From assembly GCF_006345805.1 (NCBI RefSeq), contig NC_043002.1, positions 63,054,001 to 63,118,000 on the forward strand: a stretch of DNA of 64,000 bases, in the 5' to 3' direction. The notes beneath the pieces are model-generated. The model did no database searches and was not told where the DNA came from. It worked only from the letters and a program-made list of their open reading frames with translations. Made by a program: the position numbers and the translations under genes. Position 1 is the first letter of the stretch. Each line of letters opens with the position of its first letter. This document shows positions 52,438 through 64,000 of the stretch, in pieces. This DNA comes from Octopus sinensis (Eukaryota).

Positions 52438-52870
52438 AAGGCGGCGAACTGGCAGAAACGTTAGCACGCCGGGCGAAATGCTCAGCGGTATTTAGTCTGC
52501 CGTTACGTTCTGAGTTCAAATTCCGCCGAAGTCGACTTTGCCTTTCATCCTTTCGGGGTCGATTAATTAAGTATCAGTGACGCACTTGGGTCGATGTAAT
52601 CGACTTAATCCCTTTCTCTGTCCTTGTTTGTCCCCTCTATGGTTAGCCTTTTGTGGGCAATAAAGAAATAAGAAACGTTAGCATGCCGGGCGTAACGCTT
52701 AGCGCTATTTCCTCTGTCTTTACGTTCTGAGTTCGAATTCCGCCGAGGTTGGCTTTGCTTTGCATCCTTTCGGAGAGCGATAAATTAAGTACCAGTTATG
52801 TACTGAGGTCGATCTAATCAGCTGGCCCACTCCTCCCAAATTTCGAGCCTTGTGACTTGAGTCGAAAGAT
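52438..52870 (+). mobile_element. SINE family A (dimeric)
   Basis: As 444-850. Confidence 0.9.
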
Positions 52871-53284
52871 TACTATCACCATGAATATTATTTATCCTCC
52901 TATTATTATATTTATTATATTTCATTCTGGGTTCAGATTCTTGGTGTGAACTCGTGTCTTGAAACATATTTTGTTGTATCTTGTTATTATGCCAATAAGA
53001 AATAAATAGATTGGTTTTATTTCACTTCCTTATTTCTATTCTTGAAGTGAATTGATATTATTACTAATTAACAAACTAATTCGGTTACTCAATCAATTTT
53101 TATTGTCAGTGTTTTTCCTCGCCATCCGTGACCTCTTCAAAGAAATGCTCTCTCTACCACAGGTCAGATTTAAATCCGTCATTCTGTTTTATGTACCATT
53201 TCCTCTCCTCCTCCCCCCTTCTCCTCCTCCTCATCTTCCTCCTCTTCATCATCATCATCTTTATTACTACTACAGCAACTTCTA

Positions 53285-53500
53285 ACGCAGCGAGGTTACA
53301 AGATCATTTTCACGCCGGGTAAAATGCTTAGCGGCATTTCGTCTCTCTCTTTATGTTCTCAGTTCAAATTCGGTCGAGGTCGGTTTTAATCTTTCTTCCT
53401 TTCGGGGTCGATAAAATAAGTACCATTTAAGCAATGGACTTGATATAAATATAATCGTCTTGTCCATCACCTGAAACTGCTGGACTTGAGCTAAAATATG
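53285..53500 (+). mobile_element. SINE family A, decayed
   Basis: CGCCGGGTAAAATGCTTAGCGGCATTTCGTC...CTTTCGGGGTCGATAAAATAAGTACC. Confidence 0.75.
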
Positions 53501-53504
53501 GCAC

Positions 53505-53544
53505 ACCTACCACCACCACCACCACCACCACCACCGCCACCACC

Positions 53545-53616
<72 letters not shown>

Positions 53617-53732
53617 GCTGCTACTACTGCTGCTGCTACTACTGCTACTGCTGCTGCTGCTACTACTACTCCTACAACTACTACTACTACTACTACTACT
53701 ACCACTGCTGCTGCTACTATTTCTACTAAATC

Positions 53733-53772
<40 letters not shown>

Positions 53773-53820
53773 ATTATTATTATCGTTATTATTACTATTA
53801 TCGTTATTATTATTATTATC
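53505..53820. repeat. Compound triplet repeat (ACC, ACT/GCT, ATT)
   Basis: Direct reading. Confidence 0.9.
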
Positions 53821-53944
53821 TCTGCATATAATAATAACCTGCAGCCTACGGTACCATGCTGTTCGTTCTTTTCAGCTATCTAATATTTCCTGATTATTCT
53901 GGCCGTGCCAAGGAGGTAAACTTATTGTAACAGTATTATTATCA

Positions 53945-54427
53945 TTGAGTGAGAGGGTAGCGCATGCCATCTCAGTGACACTGTGGTACAAATATACGAA
54001 GATCAATGTACCCATCATGACTACCCGTCTGATAAAGGGGCAGCAGACAAATGCATCAGAACCATAGGTGGTGCAACGTGGTGATATCATATCAAGATAA
54101 ACAGCGCATGACCTTGTAGGCGAAGTCCAGATCTTTTCTTCAAGTTGAGTAGCTCATCCCACTCAAAAGGTAATTGAATAAGGTTTGTGTAAGCATGATG
54201 AACGAAAAACTCATGTTTCCAGAGGTGAATTACTCAACGTCAAATGCTTCCTCTCAATGTATGGCTATGATGCCCCCCGCCACTACTTCTGCTCGTGATC
54301 AGAGATGTACATATCGTCAGCCACTAAGGGACATGCTCAACTGGTTAAGGTCAAACAACTGACAAGCAAATCTGTGGTATTGAGCAGAATATTTGCTGTA
54401 GCCCATCTTCTATACCAAGACAACTCA
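53945..54427 (-). mobile_element. Non-coding (TAA)n-flanked interspersed repeat, copy 1
   Basis: Homologous to 57613-58040 (CATATCAAGATAAACAGCGCATGACCTTG, ATACCAAGACAACTCA); TTA repeats on both sides. Confidence 0.75.
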
Positions 54428-54451
54428 TTATTATTATTATTATTATTATTA

Positions 54452-54487
<36 letters not shown>

Positions 54488-54504
54488 TTTTATTATTATT
54501 ATTA

Positions 54505-54712
54505 AGACGGCGAGCTGGTAGAATCTTTAGGACGCTGGCCGAAGTGCTTAGCAGATTTTCGCCCATTGCTATGTTCTGCGTTCAAATTTTGCCGAGGTCG
54601 GCATTGCTTTTCACCCTTTCTGGGTCGATAAATTAAGTACCAGTTGCGCACTTGGGTCAGGCTATACGACTAGCCCCCACCCCAAAATTTCAGGCCTTGA
54701 GCCTACAGTAGG
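54505..54712 (+). mobile_element. SINE family A
   Basis: GACGGCGAGCTGGTAGAATC...GTTCAAATTT.GCCGAGGTCG; sits inside (TTA)n. Confidence 0.8.
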
Positions 54713-54740
54713 AATTATTATTATTATTATTTTTATTATC

Positions 54741-57218
54741 ATTCAGTAGTATATTTTTTATATCGTGCTTTGACTTCACTACCGAGCACAGCTCTGTGTG
54801 CCATGGGTATGTGCTGTGATTTGTTGTGATGCTCTGATGGTTATTGTATGGAAAGTGTTCTGCGTAGGATGTGTGCAGTGCCTAGTAGTGCAATTTTATG
54901 TACGTTATATGTGTTTGTAAGTCCTGGTGTTTTTGTTATGTAGTTGTCTGAATATTTTTTTATCATGCCTAATGCACCTATTATGATAGGAATTGGTTCT
55001 GTTTTTAGATTCCACATTCTGGTTACCTCTATTTCAGGTCTTTGTATTTTGAAAGTTTCTCCATTTCTTTTAGAGACACGTTGTCATCCGCTGGTATTGA
55101 TACATCAATTAGAAAACATTGTTCTCTTCATGATCTCTGACAACTATATCTGGTCTGTTGGCCTTAATTTCTCTATCTGTGTGTATTGGCATATCCCAGA
55201 GTATGGTTGCTTTCTCGTTTTCTGTGACCTTTTCTGATGTGTGCTTATACCATCTTTTTTCTGTTGTTATTCCATAATGTTGGCATAGTTTCCAGTGTAT
55301 ATAGGTCCCAAATCTGTCGTGTCTGTGAATATATTCCTTCTTAGCCAGGACTGGGCAGCCAGAGATAATATGATTTATTGTTTCTTGTCCATATTCTGCA
55401 GTTACTTGTTATATTTCTTTTCATTACATGTTTTGGTAATTTCTGGTGGGGAGGCTTTGGTCTTGTGCTGCAATTAAAAATCCTTCTGTCTCTGCTTTGA
55501 GTCCTGAGCTTCTCAACCATTGTTGGGATTATTCTTTGTCTATTTCTTTTGCATTTAGTTTAGTCCAGTATTTGCCATGAAGGGGCTTTTCTTGCTATCG
55601 TTTTATTATGTTTCGTTTCTGTTCTATTTTTCGTTTGAATTTCATTTGTTTTATAGCTTTTGTTGTTTCTTCACCTTCCTCTTCTTCTTCTTCATATTTG
55701 TTAGGTGGTATGATTTCTTGTTTGTATTTGTCAGCTTCCTTAAATACTGGGAAGAGTTTTTTGTTTTGCTCGTGTTTTGCCGCTATTTGCATCAGTTTTC
55801 CTTCCTTCTGAAGTAGATATTTTTGCAGTCCTATGGTGGTTATTTTATAGTATTTTTCCAGCTGTATAAGGCCTCTACCACCATCTATACGTTGTATATA
55901 TAGCCTTTCTATGTCAGATTTTGGGTGATGCAACCTAGATCCAGTCATTATTTTTCTTGTTTTCCTATCTATTTTGGTCAGTTCATTTAGTGTCCAGTTA
56001 AGGATATTGTAGCTGTAACTTATAACTGGAACGGCTAAAGTGTTGATACCTATTATCTTGTTTTTAGCATTGAGCTCTGTTTTCAGTATTGATCTAATTC
56101 GTCTATAATATTCTTTTTTTAAATTTCTCTTTCATTTGTGTGTGTTGTGTCTTATCTAGTTCATGGATTCCTAAGTATTTGTAAGTTTGGTTTTGGTCTA
56201 ATTCTTTTATTTCATTGGTTTTATCTAGTGTGATGTTGCTACTCTTTATTAGATTTCCTCTTTTCAGGGTTACTTTGGCGCATTTCTCTAATCCAAATTT
56301 CATATCTATTTCTTTGGTAAATCCATGAACTGTCTTTAGTAGTGTTTCCAGCTGTTTGTCATTTGTAGCATATAGTTTTAGGTCATCCATATATAAAAGG
56401 TGGCTGATCGTTTTGCCGTAACATTTATATCCGCATCCAGTTCTGTTTAGCATATCCGATAGAAGTGACAGTGCCAAGCAGAAAAGGAGTGGAGAGAGCG
56501 TATCTCCTTGGAATATTTCTCTTCTAATGGGGATGGCTTTGGTTTTCACAAGTCCCTCTTTTTTTTGGAGCTGTATCACTGTTTGCCATTTATTCATAGA
56601 GTGTCCTATGTATTTTATAATTGTTGGTGCAACTTTGTTCATGGCTAGTGTTTCGAGGATCCATGTGTGGGGGATGCTATCAAGCGCCTTTTTGTAGTCG
56701 ATCCAGGCCATACTGAGGCCTTTCTTCTTTCTGTGTCTGTCTTCAGTTATGGCTTTATTAATCATTAGTTGGTCTTTACAGCCATATGAGCCTTTGCGGC
56801 ATCCTTTCTGCTCTTCTGGGAACAGGTTGTTTTCGTCCAGGTGCTTGTTCAATCTTTGCGATATTACTGCAGTAAATGCTTTGTACATTGTAGGGAGACA
56901 GGTTATAGGTCTGTAGTTTTTTGGTTTTGCTGTCTCATTTGATTTAGGAATTAAGATGGTTTTCCCCTTCGTGAGCCATTCAGGCATTGTCTCTGGCTCT
57001 GTCAGTATGTTGTTAAAATTTTCAGCCAGCTTTTTGTGCATTCCTGTTAGATATTTCAACCAGAAGTTGGGGATCTCGTCATGCCCATGTGCCTTCCAGT
57101 TGCTTAGTCTTTGCAGTCCCTGGGTGACCTCTTCAGTTGTTATGGGGTTCCAAACTTGCTCAGATGCTGAGTTTGTTGTTTTAATACTCTTTTTTTTTGG
57201 TTGTTCGTTCGCCGACCA
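54741..57218 (-). mobile_element. 5'-truncated R4/Dong-type retrotransposon (RT, zinc knuckle, RLE)
   Basis: NWKAHGHDEIPNFWLK, NYRPITCLPTMYK, EQKGCRKG, WIDYKKALDSIPH, FQGDTLSPLLF, LYMDDLKL, KYLG; C-terminal ETINHIISGC, RHD...HW, NRPDI. (TAA)n on both sides; frameshifted. Confidence 0.95.
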
Positions 57219-57273
57219 TTATTATTATTATTATTATTATATTATTATTGTTATTATTATTATTATTATTATT

Positions 57274-57543
57274 ATGTTTGACTTTTGCTTTACATTTGTA
57301 CAACTTGGCTCCAAGTCTCACTCAGAGATCTTAAGAGATAACAAGTTGGAAGTCCATGTTGGTGTTATGCCTAAGGTGCCATATATTTGGTTTGTACTTA
57401 GTGTTGTACTAGTGAATGTCTAAAAAACCATACAAAAATTGTTTGTTTTAAAAATTGAGATTACATAGGAAGTATTTTGCGTAGGATATGAGCAGTTCTC
57501 ATGTTCACTATCTTTTGAATTTCGGCCATGTGTGGGTTCCCTG

Positions 57544-57547
<4 letters not shown>
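57274..57547 (-). mobile_element. 3' stub of the same RLE family as 23725-25377
   Basis: MAEIQKIV..RTAHILRKILPM* and 3' UTR ending AAAGCAAAAGTCAAACAT + (AAT)n, matching 25358-25375. Confidence 0.9.
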
Positions 57548-57610
<63 letters not shown>

Positions 57611-57612
57611 CA

Positions 57613-58085
57613 TTGAGAGTGTAGTACATGTTATTTAAGTGAGATTGGGGTAGAATAGGCACATTCATCTCAACCATATGTGCGCGGATGGTGATCTCAT
57701 ATCAAGATAAACAGCGCATGACCTTGCAGGTGGGGCCCAGTTAGAATTTTCGGCAGGCTGAGTAACCCATCCCACTCAAAAGGTCCCTGAATAAGCGTTG
57801 TTGAAGGATGTTCAACGAAACACCTATTTTTCCAGGGGTGAGCTATTCAAATTTTAAAGAATTCCTTTCAAAGCATGGCTATGATTTTCCCCAGCTACTT
57901 CTTCTACTGATCAAACATGCACATATTGTCAACCACCAACGGACAAGCTGAACTAGTTTCGGTCGAACAACTGAGAAGCACCCCTGCGGTACTTAGCAAA
58001 GTATTTATTGTAGCCGATCTGTTATACCAAGACAACTCAACGTACAATCAGTTAAGATCAGAAGCGATGAGAGTCACAGCCTTGT
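57613..58085 (-). mobile_element. Non-coding (TAA)n-associated interspersed repeat, copy 2 (internal deletion)
   Basis: Homologous to 53945-54427; right boundary approximate. Confidence 0.7.
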
Positions 58086-58087
58086 TA

Positions 58088-58265
58088 TTTCCTCTGGGTT
58101 ACGTTCTGAGTTCAAATTCCGCCGAGGTCAACTTTGCCTTTCATCTTTTCGGTGTCGATTAAATAAGCGCCAGTTAATCACTGGGGTCTATATAATCGAC
58201 TTAATCCCCTTGACTGTCCTTGTTTGTCACCTCTATGTTTAATCCCCTGTGGGGAATAAAGAAAA
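58088..58265 (+). mobile_element. SINE family A, headless
   Basis: TTACGTTCTGAGTTCAAATTCCGCCGAGGTC...CTTGTGGG-like tail. Confidence 0.8.
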
Positions 58266-58532
58266 ATGTTATCATTATTATAATTGTTGTTGTTATTGTT
58301 GCTTTTGTTGTTATTGTTGTTGTTGGTACTGTTCTTGTTGCTCCTATTATTGCAAAGATTATGTATATATTGTTAAAAATAACAACTTTTTTTTATCAAT
58401 ACAACATTCTTTGAACTGAAATGAAATAGACTGGAAATATTTAGATACATTTCCCAGCAAAATATAAGCCTGTGAATGCGCGTGTCCATGTGTATATGTA
58501 TACACTCTCTCTCCCCCTCTCACGCCATATAT

Positions 58533-58576
<44 letters not shown>

Positions 58577-58862
58577 TCTCTCTCTCTCTTATGCGCAAGG
58601 GTATATAAGTACATGTCTATGGATATGTATTTAAATGCCAATGTATCTAGCTATATATATATGTGTGATAAAAGAATTTTTTCACTGTTGCATAATTTGA
58701 AATTTCACAGAATGACATCGAAACTTCGGACACTTTGATGCTTCAGAAGATTTGTGGAGTTCTCTTTTCTCTCATTCCACCATCGATGAATCTCTCTCTC
58801 TCTCTCTCTGCCTCTCTCTATCTATCTTGCTCTGTCTGTCGGTCTGTCTCTCTATCTTTTAC

Positions 58863-58896
<34 letters not shown>

Positions 58897-58988
58897 TTAT
58901 ATGCATACATACAAATATCACCCATACACACATGTATCTATATATCACTATCTATCAAATACAATTCTCTCTATATATGTACTTCTTA

Positions 58989-59020
<32 letters not shown>

Positions 59021-59404
59021 ATATATATATATATATACATATGTGTGTGTGTGTGTGTGTGTGCGTGTGTGGGTATGTGTGTGTGTGTGCATATGTATAT
59101 AATTGTTTATGTGTTAGTGTGGCGTGTGTGTGTAATTGTTTGTACTTCCATATATATTTGTATGATTCTTCCACAAGTCATAATACGGTAACAGATGTTA
59201 CTGAAACCCCGAACAGAAACTTTCATTATGCAAATGATGTAGCTGTTATTAAATTAAACGAACAACATTATCTACATTTAAATAAAATGTCCAAAAGAGT
59301 TCCTCCCAATTTATACAGGATTGTATTATTTCCGATACCATTTGGCAAGCTTTCAGTTATAGATCATATATTCAGAATTGAAGTAAATGGAGTATTCAAT
59401 ACAA

Positions 59405-59728
59405 GAAGACCTCCGATGATGTGTCGGTTTGATGCAACTGACCTGAGTGTGAACAAGAATTCCAACTGTCACTCCGTCGGTTGCGACGAGGATGGATCCA
59501 GGTGATTCGCCCAATGGAAGAATCTGCTCATGAAATTAACAAGCAAGTGGCTGAGCAATCCACAGACACACGTAGCCTTATCTTAGTTATAACGGACATT
59601 TAAGAAATGTGAGAAGGCTGGTTCTTTTGAATTACAAGTACAATAGGACACAACGTGCCGCCGAAAATCGAGCTCACAAACTTGTAGTCGATAGCCGAAT
59701 ATCCCTAACCGTTAAGCCACACGCTTAC
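59405..59728 (-). mobile_element. SINE family C variant
   Basis: Reverse complement of 44870-44990 (TTAAC..GCAAGTGGCTGAGCA.TCCACAGACAC), with a tRNA-like head at the right end. Confidence 0.65.
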
Positions 59729-60072
59729 ACGAAACGAGAATAAGAGCAAGAACAACATAGCAACGAACCACCGAGCCAGGTATTAATTGTGTACTATAAG
59801 GTAGCCAATTGTTACTCTTGGACCATCGTACTTTCAATACTCTGATGTCAACCCACAATGCCTCAGTAAATAACTGCAGAAATTACTAGCTTCTTCAAAT
59901 CAACCTATGAATATGTTTCTAGAAATTTATTGTAAAACAACCAGTAAAAGTATATGCACCGTTTTCTTTTTTTGTCATCTCACTTTCATAGTCACCCTCA
60001 TTTCATATATACATATTTACAAGCATACATATATACATGCACACATACAGACAAACAAACTGCCTGACAGAC

Positions 60073-60147
<75 letters not shown>

Positions 60148-60300
60148 CGTAGATTTGTATATTCTGCTATCTATATATATACGTACCCGCACAATTATCC
60201 ATATATGTCTCTATCTCTCTTTACCTCTCTCTCTCTCTCTGTCTATATATATATATATAGAGAGAGAGAGACACACACACATGCATACATGTATGTTTAT

Positions 60301-60337
<37 letters not shown>

Positions 60338-61137
60338 ATATATATATATATATATAATATATATTATATATATAGAGAGAGAGGAGAGAGAGAGAGAGAG
60401 ATAGATAGTTAGATAGATAGATAAATATATAAGAAGATATTTGAATTATGCACATTTGTATATATGTAATATGTATATTATATGAATTGTATTCATTTAT
60501 ATATATGTCATATACAAACATCTCTCTCTCACTCACTCTCTCCCCACTCTCTCTCTCTCTGTATATATATATATATATATATATATTAGTACGTGTAAAT
60601 AATATATTATATATATACATATATGCACGCGCGCGCAGTTGCACCCCACACACACAAACATACATACGTATACGCTGCTCCATCATAACCTATTTCCATT
60701 CTGAAAACATTTAAATACCAATGTATATTCTGCACAGAGACACAATTGCTTTTCCCCCACAAACTTATTAATACAAACAAACCAGGGCTGTTTCAATACA
60801 ATGTGGCTTCCCAACATTTGTGTGAATGTATTACTGAGCATACGTAGCCTTCTCCTCTATTCAATGGGGAGACATAGAAACAAGTGTTTATACACATGAA
60901 TATTAAATGACACTCGATATATATATTCATAATATTTTGTTCATTTTATGGCTGTACTATTGCATGTGTTGTCAGACAAGGGAAACACATATAACATGAA
61001 CATCCATGCCAATATAAAGTATGTATAATATACATTCATATATATATACATGCATACACACACATGCACACGCGTATATACATGTGTGAGTGCGTGTGCA
61101 TTCATTGATAGATATAGATAGAGACCTGCAAAAAGTT

Positions 61138-61168
<31 letters not shown>

Positions 61169-61169
61169 T

Positions 61170-61177
61170 ATAGATAC

Positions 61178-61272
<95 letters not shown>
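61170..61272. repeat. (GATA)n microsatellite (similar tracts at 26785-26830 and 60075-60146)
   Basis: Direct reading. Confidence 0.95.
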
Positions 61273-61273
<1 letters not shown>

Positions 61274-62577
61274 ATGGACATGAATATCAGCCATTAATGG
61301 GCCGTAAATGAACAGCCACCTACACTCAGACACGCCCACATCTATATATATATACATCTATACATCTATACACACTTCAAAATATTAGCATATATATTTG
61401 AGAATATAAGTAACTTTGTCTAGTTCTCTCCTTCTCTCTCTCTCTCTGTCTCTCTCCATGTTTGTGTGTGTGTGTGCACAGTCACTCCCTGTATGATTCT
61501 GAATAACGAAGCACTCCTTGTCACCCGTTCATTTCTTTTATGCGCTCAAACTTTGAAATATTTTCTCTTTTCGTTTCATTCTCTCAACTCTTATCACCAC
61601 ACAGAGCGAAGCAACGCTGCAACATGCATACGCAAACATTAAACAACGAACCACAATTATTAGCGTGCATTTCTTTCCGAAGACAGACACTCACAGACAT
61701 CTATATACATAGAGTTAGACTATAAAGTAATGACTACGAACCAAATCAAAGGGAAAAAAAAACAAAACATAAAACATTAAAAAAAATATGTTACCCCTCC
61801 TACCAAAAAAGATATAACTAAAATTGTACAAAAACAGAACAAAAGGAAAGAACAAATTGCAAAGATAAAAAAAAAACGTATCAAAAACAGACTAAACAAA
61901 ACATAAAGACACCCAAGTCTCTCATTAACATTCAAAGACTGTTTTGCCAGTGTGAGAAATATGGTGATTAATGAAACGGACGCCATATTGATTCACTGTA
62001 ACTTCCTTTGTTTCTTAAATTGTGTAAGCATATATGCGTAAATTTATATGTATACCCTCATTTGAGTACATTTCTGTGTGTTTTTATCTGTGTGTGTCTG
62101 CGCAGGTGTGCTTATATGCATTTTTTCCCCGTTGCTGTTTCTCTACAGTTTTGTTGTCTTGTATTTTAAGACAGTATGCGTGTATTTTTAAATACAATTC
62201 CTGCTGTTTCTGTTGTTCTCGTTGAGGTTGTTTTTTTTTCGTTTATTTTTCTCTCTTGTTGCTTGTGTTGCTGCCAATGTTGTTGCTTATGGTATTGTTG
62301 TTGTTGCAATCGTTAGTGGTATGTATTAGGTGGTGTTTCTGATGGTATTTAGTGATTACTTGTTTGATTACGTCAGTTCGTGCCTGTCATTGTTTGTGCG
62401 CATGCGTCTCTAGCCTGCGCTATGCTTTTTATGCGCATTTATTCATGTGAGAGTCATAATATAACTGTACCTGTATTTACGTACATATGCACATATACGC
62501 ATATATATATATATAAACATATACATATATGCATATGAGTGTATATGTGTGTGTATGTGTGTGTATTGTTATGCATG

Positions 62578-62637
<60 letters not shown>

Positions 62638-62747
62638 GCGCACATACATATGTATATATGTATCTATATCTATATATATGTATGTCTCTGTCTATCTATA
62701 CCTATCTCAGTATATATATGTGTGTGTGTGTATATAAAATAATAAAT

Positions 62748-62992
62748 GCGCCCGTTTAAAGCCTAGTCAGGCTCACAGGCCCGATTTCCCGGTTTCTATG
62801 GCGTATGTGTTCCCCAGCTGGACGGGGCGCCAGTTCATCGCAGCGTTACTCAGTTTTGCCAGCTGAGTGGACTGCAGCAACGTGAAATGAAGTGCTTTGC
62901 TCAAGAACACAACAAGTCGCCCGGTCCAGGAATCGAAACCACAATAATACGATCATGATGCTGACACCCTAACTACTAAACCACTCCATATA
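62748..62992 (-). mobile_element. SINE family C (tRNA head, CORE-like segment, V/Meta-like GCGATGAACTGGCGCCCCGTCCAG)
   Basis: Minus: A-box TAGTAGTTAG, B-box GGTTTCGATTCC, TTCTTGAGCAAAGCACTT, GCTGCGATGAACTGGCGCCCCGTCCAG. Domain names assigned from memory, not by search. Confidence 0.8.
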
Positions 62993-63035
62993 TAAATATA
63001 CCTACAGCCATACATACACACATATATATACATAT

Positions 63036-63091
<56 letters not shown>

Positions 63092-63118
63092 CATGCATAC
63101 ATACATACATACATACAT

Positions 63119-63657
63119 GGTGGCTGCCCCCTCGTTATCGAGTATGGCCATTGCACGAAGCTTAATCAATGTTGTTATCGTGCAATTCCTCTGCAAGAAG
63201 ATTTTTTTTTAAAGTGAGGAAAGGCTGTGCACTGAGTCAATCCCACTCACTAAGCAACAACAACCATAATCCGAAAAGAAGAACAAGTCAACATCATCGG
63301 TAACCATTAAGCCGCAGGTTTTATGTCGGAGTTATCCCAGTTACCTGAGTTACCTTCTCCTAGAAGGATGCCCTAACAAAGGCTAGGAGTCCTTCACTCC
63401 CAATGGTTTAACCGCGCGATCGGGTATTCAGTCCGATTATTTCTATGTCCCCGCGCATGATACACTCTTAAGACATTTATTGGATGGCCGTTGACTCTCA
63501 AGAGTTCCTCCGCCTTTTGACGGGTTTTGTTTTTTATACCGCAGGGTGTTCAACAAACACCCCACTCACCAAGAAAGCTTGGTGGGGGTTGCCGGTTTAG
63601 TCGCCGACGACACGACCATGGGGGTACATGTTACCAGTAGCACTCGAAAGTGACCTG
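63119..63657 (-). mobile_element. Non-autonomous RTE-like element inside (TATG)n
   Basis: Flanked by (CATA)n on both sides. Contains TTAGGGCATCCTTCTAGGAGAAGG, resembling a conserved RTE 5' UTR motif. GC-rich with many hairpins and no ORF. Confidence 0.55.
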
Positions 63658-64000
63658 ACATACATACATACATACATACATACATACATACATACATACA
63701 TACATACATACATGAGTGAACACACATATACTCAAGTATGAAAGCTGGATGGATGTACGTATGTACAGCCATTTTGGCTGGGTGTATAACTGTATGACTC
63801 CAAAAATTCCTGTGTGTACTGTTTTAAATATTCTTTGTGATTTCTATAGCTTCTTGTTGCTATGGCTACTGATGTCTTTGTAAATCATATCGTAGTGGCG
63901 ATGGCAATGAAGGCGGTGTCGACGATGATGATAAGGACTGTGAATCGGGATGAGGATGATGGTATTGCTCCTGGGGACGGTTTCACCGACTGACCTGATA

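Noticed and set aside
54270-54330. CTGACGA...GAAG on the minus strand of the TAA-flanked repeat
   Set aside because: GAAA core is altered and stems I-III do not form.

Overview
AT-rich, microsatellite-saturated eukaryotic DNA. The SINE families and repeat load suggest an octopus or other cephalopod (inference). No host protein-coding gene, tRNA gene or rRNA gene could be supported; nearly all listed ORFs are translated simple repeats. The real coding remnants are all from transposons: a Penelope-like element (RT thumb + GIY-YIG, 4.1-5.0 kb), five restriction-like-endonuclease non-LTR elements of R4/Dong type sitting in (TAA)n tracts, a Helitron helicase fragment and a decayed LINE RT. Also present are about 25 SINE copies from three families, non-autonomous Helitrons, a probable solo LTR and a hAT-like MITE. 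The most interesting signal is a set of non-coding elements carrying type I hammerhead ribozyme (HHR) motifs, at or near (TA)n tracts. Three are near-intact (26175-26255 minus, 34749-34810 minus, 35442-35500 plus), one is a half-ribozyme inside a fold-back (9.75-10.12 kb), and several are decayed. Two of these elements are head-to-head inverted dimers with both 3' ends facing out into (TA)n. One of those is a ~563-bp tandem, retrozyme-like monomer. All structures were read by eye, not computed, and repeat boundaries are approximate.
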